From the NCBI GenBank assembly GCA_033856195.1, contig JAWVFL010000002.1, positions 39,662 to 103,661 on the forward strand: a stretch of DNA of 64,000 bases, given 5' to 3'. Positions 57,974-64,000 of the stretch are shown here, one piece after another. Position numbers and translations under genes: made by a program. Position 1 is the first letter of the stretch; each line of letters starts with the position of its first letter. Below the pieces are notes generated by a model that saw nothing but the letters and a program-made list of their open reading frames with translations, did no database searches and was not told where the DNA came from. The DNA is from Solirubrobacterales bacterium. Its GTDB lineage: Bacteria; Actinomycetota; Thermoleophilia; Solirubrobacterales; 70-9.

Positions 57974-58939
57974 GTGATTCGCCGCCTCTTCCCTTTCCTC
58001 GCTCTTCTCTGCGCTTTCGCCGTTCCGGCGACGGCTCAGGGTGCCGCGCCAAAAGCGCCCAGGGAAACCGGTCCGCCTGAGGCGACGGTGAAGATCCGCG
58101 TCGGCCACCTGCACGGGGGGAAGGCGCAGATCTACAGCAAGGTGCCGGTAATTGGGACGATCGCGCCGTTCGCACCCGGGCAGAAGGTCGAGGTCTCCTT
58201 CTATCTGGACGGAAAGCCGCTGCTCAGCCGCAAGGTCGCGGTGCAGAAGAGCAAGGGGGACTCCGGCAGCTTCCGCGCCAGCATCCTGCTGCGGGAAGGC
58301 GGCAAGTACGCGGTCAGCGCCCAGCACGAGGCGACCGCGGCGCTGGGTGGCGACGGCACCGTGCGGAAGAGCTGGAAGGTCAGCTATCCCGCCCTGCATC
58401 AAGGTCAGTGCGGCGACGTCGTCGTCGGCTTCAAGAAGGCGATGCGGAGGATGGGCTACATCGCCAACAGCGGCCGTTGCTTCGGCGCCAAGACGGCGCG
58501 CGGGGTGCTCGCCTACCGCAAAGTCAACGGCATGGCGCGCAGCTATCGGGCTGGCGCCGGCCTGGTCAAGCAAGCCTTCTCCGGCAAGGGCGAATACCAC
58601 GTGGTCCATCCCGCGGCCGGCGAACACGTCGAGGCCCCGCTCTCCAAGCAGGTCCTCGTCTTCGCCAAGGACGACAAGCCGTTTGCCGTCTACCCGATCT
58701 CCTCGGGTAAGGGCTCGACCCCGACCGTGACCGGTCACTTCACCTTCATCCGCACCGAACCGGGCTACAACTCGCACGGCATGTACTACTCATTCTACTT
58801 CTACGGCGGCTACGCGGTGCACGGCTACGAATCGGTGCCCGACTATCCGGCCAGCCACGGCTGCATCCGCACCTTCATCGCCGACCAGCCCGAGATCTAC
58901 GAGCGCATCAATTACGGCGAGAGCATCTTCGTCTTCTAA
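57974..58939 (+). CDS. L,D-transpeptidase (YkuD) with a peptidoglycan-binding-like domain.
   Basis: The catalytic motif is ASHGCIRTF. It has a signal peptide and a PG-binding-like segment (GDVVVGFKKAMRRMGY). Confidence 0.85.
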   Translation: MIRRLFPFLALLCAFAVPATAQGAAPKAPRETGPPEATVKIRVGHLHGGKAQIYSKVPVIGTIAPFAPGQKVEVSFYLDGKPLLSRKVAVQKSKGDSGSFRASILLREGGKYAVSAQHEATAALGGDGTVRKSWKVSYPALHQGQCGDVVVGFKKAMRRMGYIANSGRCFGAKTARGVLAYRKVNGMARSYRAGAGLVKQAFSGKGEYHVVHPAAGEHVEAPLSKQVLVFAKDDKPFAVYPISSGKGSTPTVTGHFTFIRTEPGYNSHGMYYSFYFYGGYAVHGYESVPDYPASHGCIRTFIADQPEIYERINYGESIFVF

Positions 58940-58952
58940 ACCGAGGCTGACG

Positions 58953-59360
58953 GTGATAAGCGAGAGAGCCCTGAAAGCGGTGCTCGTCGTCATCGCCGCC
59001 TACCACGTCGTCACGGGGATGCTGGCCCTGGTCGCACCCGACACCTTCTTCGACCAGATCGGGCACTACGGGATCGAGAACTCCCATTACGTGGGGGATG
59101 TCGGGGCGTTCATCCTCGCCTTTGGCGTCGCCGTGGGCATCTCGGTGGTCCGGCCGTCGTGGCGGGCGCCGATCCTTTGGCTGGGGGCGCTCTGGTACGG
59201 CTTCCATGCGATCAATCATGCATTCGACACGGGGGAGGCGAAGAGCGAGGCGCGCGGTTGGAGCGACACGCTGGCTATCGCTTTCGGCGCCGTGGCGTCC
59301 GCCTGGCTGGCGCGGGTATCGGAACGGATGAGTGCTGCAACCGGCGTAGGAGGTACCTGA
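58953..59360 (+). CDS. Hypothetical 4-TM membrane protein.
   Basis: It has a hydrophobic helix pattern. Its stop overlaps the next start (TGATG). Confidence 0.5.
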   Translation: MISERALKAVLVVIAAYHVVTGMLALVAPDTFFDQIGHYGIENSHYVGDVGAFILAFGVAVGISVVRPSWRAPILWLGALWYGFHAINHAFDTGEAKSEARGWSDTLAIAFGAVASAWLARVSERMSAATGVGGT

Positions 59361-60304
59361 TGAAAGTCTTCGTTGCGGGCGCGAGTGGCGTGATCGGGCG
59401 GCCGCTTGTGCGCCAGCTCGTTGCGGCCGGACACGAGGTGACGGGTATGACGCGGAGCGAGGACCGGGCAGTCGATATCCGTGCGGCGGGGGCGGCAGCC
59501 GTCGTCTGCGACGTCTTCGACGCGGCGGCGCTCGAGGCGGCGCTTCGGGAGGCGACGCCGGAAGTGGTCATCCATGAGCTGACCGCGCTGCCGCCGCGAC
59601 TCGACTACAAGGCCAAGGAGGATCCCCTGGCGCCAACCAATCGCGTGCGCCGCGAGGGCACGCGCAAGCTGCTCGCCGCGGCGAAGGTGGCCGGGGTGCG
59701 GCGTCTTGTCGCCGAGAGCGTCGCTTTTTTCTACGCGCCCGAAGGCACTTGGGTGAAGGACGAGGAGGCGCCACTGTTCCTTGGCGCCCCCGGCGTGTTC
59801 GGAGCGGCCGCGGAGGCCCTCGCCGACCTCGAGCGCCAGGTGAGGGGCACCGAGGGGATCGAGGGCGTGGTCCTGCGCTATGGCTGGTTCTATGGCCCCG
59901 GCACCTTCTTCGATCGGGTCGGCTCGCAAACCGAGGACGCGCTGAAGCGCCGCCTGCCGATCGTCGGGAAGGGCGCCGGCACCTTCAGCTTCGTCCAGGT
60001 TGAGGATGCCGCCGCCGCGACGGTGGCGGCGGTCGAGGGTGGGGCGCCCGGCATCTACAACGTCGTCGACGACGAGCCGGCCCCGATGCGCGAGTGGGTG
60101 CCGGTCTTCTGCCAGGCCGTGGGCGCCAAGAAGCCGCGCCGGGTCCCGGTTTGGCTGGCGCGCCTGGTTGCCGGCTCGGCCGCGGTCGCCTCGGCAACCC
60201 AGTTGCGCGGCGCCTCCAATGCCAAGGCAAAGCGCCAGCTCGGCTGGCAGCCGCGCCACCCGAGCTGGCGCGAGGGCTTCGGGGACGCGGTGGCGCGAGG
60301 ATAG
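59360..60304 (+). CDS. NAD(P)-dependent epimerase/dehydratase-family oxidoreductase.
   Basis: MKVFVAGASGVIGRPLV is a Rossmann GxxGxxG motif. A GGAGG RBS lies upstream. Confidence 0.8.
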   Translation: MKVFVAGASGVIGRPLVRQLVAAGHEVTGMTRSEDRAVDIRAAGAAAVVCDVFDAAALEAALREATPEVVIHELTALPPRLDYKAKEDPLAPTNRVRREGTRKLLAAAKVAGVRRLVAESVAFFYAPEGTWVKDEEAPLFLGAPGVFGAAAEALADLERQVRGTEGIEGVVLRYGWFYGPGTFFDRVGSQTEDALKRRLPIVGKGAGTFSFVQVEDAAAATVAAVEGGAPGIYNVVDDEPAPMREWVPVFCQAVGAKKPRRVPVWLARLVAGSAAVASATQLRGASNAKAKRQLGWQPRHPSWREGFGDAVARG

Positions 60305-60335
60305 CTCTACTCCGCAGCGCGTCGCCGACCATAGG

Positions 60336-60911
60336 ATGCTCGGCGTGGCCGACCTGGACGCCGCCAAGGAGACCCTGCTCGCTGAGCTGCGCGAGCACTC
60401 GCTGGTGATCGGCGAGGTGACGCTTTCCAGCGGTGCGACCGCGCAGTACTACGTTGACGCCAGGCGGGCGCTGCTGCGGCCTGCCGGGTTTCTGGCCGCT
60501 GGTGAGCTGATCGCGGCGATGGCCGCCGAGCTGGGGGCGACCGCCGTGGGGGGCCCCGCGACCGCCGCGATTCCTCCCTCCTGCGCCGCGCTCGCGGTGC
60601 CGGCGGGCAAGGACCTCCTTGGCTACTTCGTGAGAGGTGAGCGCAAGCAGCACGGGCTGCAGCGCTGGGTCGAGGGCGCGGCTGCGCCCGGCGCTCGCTG
60701 CCTTGTGGTCGAGGACACGGTGACGACTGGGGGCTCGACGGCGCGGGCGATCGAACGGATCGGCGAGCAGGGGCTCGACGTGGTCGGCGTGGTCGCGGTG
60801 GTCGATCGCCTCGCCGGCGGCGGCGAGAAGATCGAAGCCGCCGCGAACGCCCCCTACCGCGCCCTGATCACGATCGACGAGATCTACCCCGACCGTCCCG
60901 ACCGGGACTGA
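60336..60911 (+). CDS. pyrE: Orotate phosphoribosyltransferase.
   Basis: The PRPP motif VVEDTVTTGGS and the LSSGATAQYYVD motif are present. Confidence 0.88.
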   Translation: MLGVADLDAAKETLLAELREHSLVIGEVTLSSGATAQYYVDARRALLRPAGFLAAGELIAAMAAELGATAVGGPATAAIPPSCAALAVPAGKDLLGYFVRGERKQHGLQRWVEGAAAPGARCLVVEDTVTTGGSTARAIERIGEQGLDVVGVVAVVDRLAGGGEKIEAAANAPYRALITIDEIYPDRPDRD

Positions 60912-61093
60912 AGTCGTGCGCTCCTACCGCGGAAAGTGAGCGCGATCAGCAACACACCAAGAACCAAGGTCAGGATTGACGAAGTCCCTTCGTGTCCTAG
61001 TCCAGCCCATCGACCCATGGTAAGGAGCGCAATTGCAGTGACAATTCCCAAGGCCGTGTGTCGGAGCGTTCCATCACTCATCTCAACAACCAT
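60884..61093 (-). CDS. Small 2-TM hypothetical protein.
   Basis: The ORF has two hydrophobic segments and lies in a lower-G+C patch. The call is weak. Confidence 0.25.
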   Translation of the reverse strand: MVVEMSDGTLRHTALGIVTAIALLTMGRWAGLGHEGTSSILTLVLGVLLIALTFRGRSARLQSRSGRSG

Positions 61094-61310
61094 AGCCCTT
61101 CGACAAGGGCTCGGCAGATGCCCAGTGCACCTCCGGAAACCAAGCCCCAGGCGATGTAGTCAGGAAGCTCCTCGTCATGCCGAGCCAACGAAATCGCTGC
61201 GCCGACAACCGCCCCGACGCCGGCCATGTCCGCGATCGTCCCGATAGGGTCCACCGGAACCCAAGCCCTCGATCTCTGACTTTCTCCCCTCTCATATCGA
61301 TATTGCTGCA

Positions 61311-61942
61311 ATGGAGCCCGACGCCGTAGAGATCCGCGTGCTCGGCTGCCTGATCGAGAAGCAGCACACCACGCCGGACGCTTACCCGCTCTCGCTCAAC
61401 GCGCTGCGCCTCGCCTGCAACCAGTCGACCAATCGCGAGCTGGTCGTCGACTACGACGAGCAGACCGTGGTCGAGGCGCTGCGCCGCCTTGCTTTACGCG
61501 GCTGGACTCGCCTTGCCAGCGGTGCCGGCAGTCGCGCGCGCAAGTACCGTCACCTGCTCGATCAAGCCTTCGGCCTCGAAGACGCCGAGGTCTGCCTGCT
61601 CGCCGTGCTGATGCTGCGCGGTCCCCAGACGCCCGGTGAGTTGAAGCAACGCGGCCAGCGCCTTCACGACTTCGCTGATCTCAGCGCCGGCAGGAGACGC
61701 TCGAGCGCCTGGTCGAGCGAGACCTGGTCACTCGCCACGCTCGACAGCCAGGGCAGAAGGAGGATCGCTACGAGCAGCTGCTCGGCAGCGGGGAGGAGCG
61801 GCCGGAGAGCGGGCAACGTGCCGAGGTCGTCCCTCCGAGTGAAGAGCTCACTCCTGCCGAGGACCGCCTTACCCGCTTGGAGCGTGAAGTCACCGAGCTG
61901 CGAGACGAGCTCTCAACATTGCGCGCCGAGCTCGGCGACTGA
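61311..61942 (+). pseudogene. yceH: YceH/DUF480-family gene carrying a -1 frame disruption near 61689-61690.
   Basis: The N-terminal 126 codons match DUF480 (VLGCLIEKQHTTPDAYPLSLNAL..CNQSTNRE..RGPQTPGELK). The conserved C-terminus (ETLERLVERDLV..QPGQKEDRYEQLL..ELRDELSTLRAELGD*) continues in the frame ending with TGA at 61940-61942. Confidence 0.65.
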
Positions 61943-62058
61943 GCAGGCTCACAAACCCTTAAAGCCGGGGTCCTTGACGGCGGCCGGCGATCCGCTACCG
62001 TGGTCCCCGGTCCCGGACGTAAACGACCTGGTTCGCAAGCAGGGGAGGTAGGAGGTCG

Positions 62059-63885
62059 ATGTCCAGACTGTCGCCGCGCGCTCGTGTTCGGCTGGGAGCA
62101 GCGCTGCTTCTCTCGCTCACCATGCTGGTTCTTCCGCTTCCGGCCGCAAGCGCCGCTCCGGGCTACCAGCTCAGCTCGCCCGCCTCGATCGAACTCGGCG
62201 CCGAAGTGCCGATCGGTGTCGCCGTCGACCAGAGCAGCGAAGAGATCTACGTCGCTGAGCTGACTACGGGCCTGTTGAGCTTTGCCCACGGGCAGGTCGA
62301 ACAGCTCGATCCTTCGGGGGTCCCCACGGAAGACTCGCCGTTCACCACCGGGGGCGAAGATCTCTTCGCCTCAGTCGCCGTCAACCCGGTGACGCACGGC
62401 ATCTACGCCTACCAGATCGAAGGCGAGACTCCGGCCGGCCACAAAGGCAAATCTACGCTGAGCAGTTTTTCCTCATCCGGCGTCCCCGGCACGTCCTTTT
62501 TCCCGGAAAAGTCGGCGGCCGGAACTATTGCCGCCGACTCCTCAGGTCGCCTCTACCTTCCCAACAGTGAAGCCGGCAGCGTGCAGATCTTCAGCTCCTC
62601 GGGAACGCTGGAAGAAACGCTCACCTGCGCGGGTTGTCCAGGCGGCAGCTTCAGCGAACCGACCGCCGTCGCCTTTGACTCGGCCGGGAAGCTCTACGTG
62701 GTAGACCAGGCAAGCGGGGGGCGGGTGATCCGCCTTGCCCCCTCGTCCGGCAGCTACGCCTATGACTCGACCCTGCAGACCGGCGGCTTCCCGGTCGCGG
62801 TCGCGGCCGACATCTCGAACGACGTCGTCTTCGTCGGCAATCGCGTCAGCGGCAAATACCATGTGATCGCATACGACTCGTCCGGCGGCGCCTTTGACGA
62901 TTTCGGCGCCGGGCTCGTCAGCGCCTCACCGGTGGAAGCAGCAACCGGGCAGCTCGCCGTGAACTCGACCACCGCTGCGCTGTACCTCAGCAACCCCGGC
63001 GGCAAACAGCTCTGGGTCTTCGAACCCACCGCCTCGATCCCGGCGCCGACGGCGACCGTTGCGGCGCCGACGCCCGTGGGCCAGGTCGAAGCGACGTTGC
63101 GGGCGACGGTCAATCCGAAAGCCCACGTGCTGACCACCTGTCGTTTCGAGTACACCAACCACGCTGACTTCCTCGCCAACGGCTATGCGAACGCAAAAAC
63201 CGCCTCGTGCCCGGCGGTGGTGGGGAACCCGGAAAGCATCACCGTTTCAGCCTCGGTGAGCGGTCTCTCGCCGAACACGAGCTACGACTACCGCATCGTC
63301 ATAGCCAGCCACGGTGGCTCGGACGAAGACGGTGACCAGGCCCTTCAAACCCTGCCCGCGGCTGCGCCCGAAGCAACCACCGAAGCGGCCGGCGCGATCA
63401 GCCTGACCGGGGCGACCCTGGCGGGCTCGGTCAACGCCAAGGGTGGGAAAGTCTCCAACTGCCATTTCGACTACGTGACCGAGGCCCAGTTCCAGAGCAC
63501 CGCCTTCGCGGGCGCCAAAACGAAAGTCTGCTCGGTGACTCCAAGTGGCACCACGACAACCGCGGTCACGGCCAAAGTGACCGGTCTCGTTGCCGGTACC
63601 GCCTATCGCTTCCGGGTCGTAGCCACCAACAACGCCGGCACCACAGCGGCCGGGGACAAATCCTTCTCGACGACGGCTGAAAGCTGCAGTGAAAACCCGG
63701 CGATGTGCCCGCCGCCCACCGGCGGAGGAAGTTCGCAGCCGTCCTCGCCCGAGCCATCCACGACGCCTCCGAGCGCACCTCCCGCCCCGACCAAGCCGCT
63801 CAAGTGCCGCAAGGGCTTCAAGAAGAAGAAGATCCGCGGCAAGCTGAAGTGCGTGAAGGTCAAAAAAGCGCGTAGTAGGCGCTAG
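62059..63885 (+). CDS. Secreted NHL-repeat beta-propeller-like protein with two FN3-like modules and a polybasic C-terminal tail.
   Basis: It has a signal peptide. The NHL-like repeats include GVAVDQSSEEIYVAE, AVAFDSAGKLYVVDQ and others. The two FN3-like modules are C.FEYT..SGLSPNTSYDYRIVA and CHFDYV..TGLVAGTAYRFRVVATN. The tail is KPLKCRKGFKKKKIRGKLKCVKVKKARSRR. Confidence 0.65.
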   Translation: MSRLSPRARVRLGAALLLSLTMLVLPLPAASAAPGYQLSSPASIELGAEVPIGVAVDQSSEEIYVAELTTGLLSFAHGQVEQLDPSGVPTEDSPFTTGGEDLFASVAVNPVTHGIYAYQIEGETPAGHKGKSTLSSFSSSGVPGTSFFPEKSAAGTIAADSSGRLYLPNSEAGSVQIFSSSGTLEETLTCAGCPGGSFSEPTAVAFDSAGKLYVVDQASGGRVIRLAPSSGSYAYDSTLQTGGFPVAVAADISNDVVFVGNRVSGKYHVIAYDSSGGAFDDFGAGLVSASPVEAATGQLAVNSTTAALYLSNPGGKQLWVFEPTASIPAPTATVAAPTPVGQVEATLRATVNPKAHVLTTCRFEYTNHADFLANGYANAKTASCPAVVGNPESITVSASVSGLSPNTSYDYRIVIASHGGSDEDGDQALQTLPAAAPEATTEAAGAISLTGATLAGSVNAKGGKVSNCHFDYVTEAQFQSTAFAGAKTKVCSVTPSGTTTTAVTAKVTGLVAGTAYRFRVVATNNAGTTAAGDKSFSTTAESCSENPAMCPPPTGGGSSQPSSPEPSTTPPSAPPAPTKPLKCRKGFKKKKIRGKLKCVKVKKARSRR

Positions 63886-64000
63886 CCAAACTCAAGCTCT
63901 CAGCTGCTGCGTCGCGGACACCAACGGCGCGCTTCCTCCACGGCAGGGCGAAGCTCCACCCGGTCATTTTTGCGCCGTTTGCAGGCAAGACACGCGTGTC

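Noticed and set aside
61943-62051. Continuation of the frame-0 yceH ORF to 62051 (the 246-aa version).
   Set aside because: The frame-0 tail (RRRSSAWSSETWS...) has no DUF480 similarity. The shifted frame reproduces the conserved family C-terminus and stops at 61942.

Overview
By eye this is a very G+C-rich chromosomal segment. Gene content and synteny suggest a deep-branching actinobacterium of the Thermoleophilia/Rubrobacteria type (e.g. Conexibacter or Solirubrobacter); that assignment is inference only. Most of the window is housekeeping. It holds hemB, a fused siroheme-decarboxylase-like gene and hemL, followed by a split cytochrome b6-type qcrABC cluster with a menaquinone methyltransferase and a polyprenyl synthase. 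It also holds tatAC, tRNA-Lys(CTT), dnaB interrupted by a LAGLIDADG intein plus a DnaC/DnaI-like loader, purA, rpsF-ssb-rpsR-rplI, otsA plus a TreT-like gene, an MprAB/HtrA-like envelope-stress module, thiL, a class A PBP, an L,D-transpeptidase and pyrE. Four things look least ordinary. (1) An MMPL transporter with a ~550-aa extracytoplasmic insert is followed by six translationally coupled MCE genes, with no YrbE/MlaE permease or MceG ATPase nearby. (2) An intergenic palindromic element family has a conserved ~60-nt core (TCAACTTTTTCGGTGG-N28/29-GCCGAAAAAGTACAAG) enclosed by copy-specific, perfectly self-complementary GC-rich stems. (3) A ~155-nt tRNA-like element with competing helices lies upstream of the L,D-transpeptidase. 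(4) A lower-G+C island (about 30.15-33.9 kb) encodes a lipoprotein, a Cys-rich secreted protein and PucR-like and ArsR-like regulators. No CRISPR array, rRNA, transposase or integrase was seen. All product calls come from motif recognition by eye, since no searches could be run.
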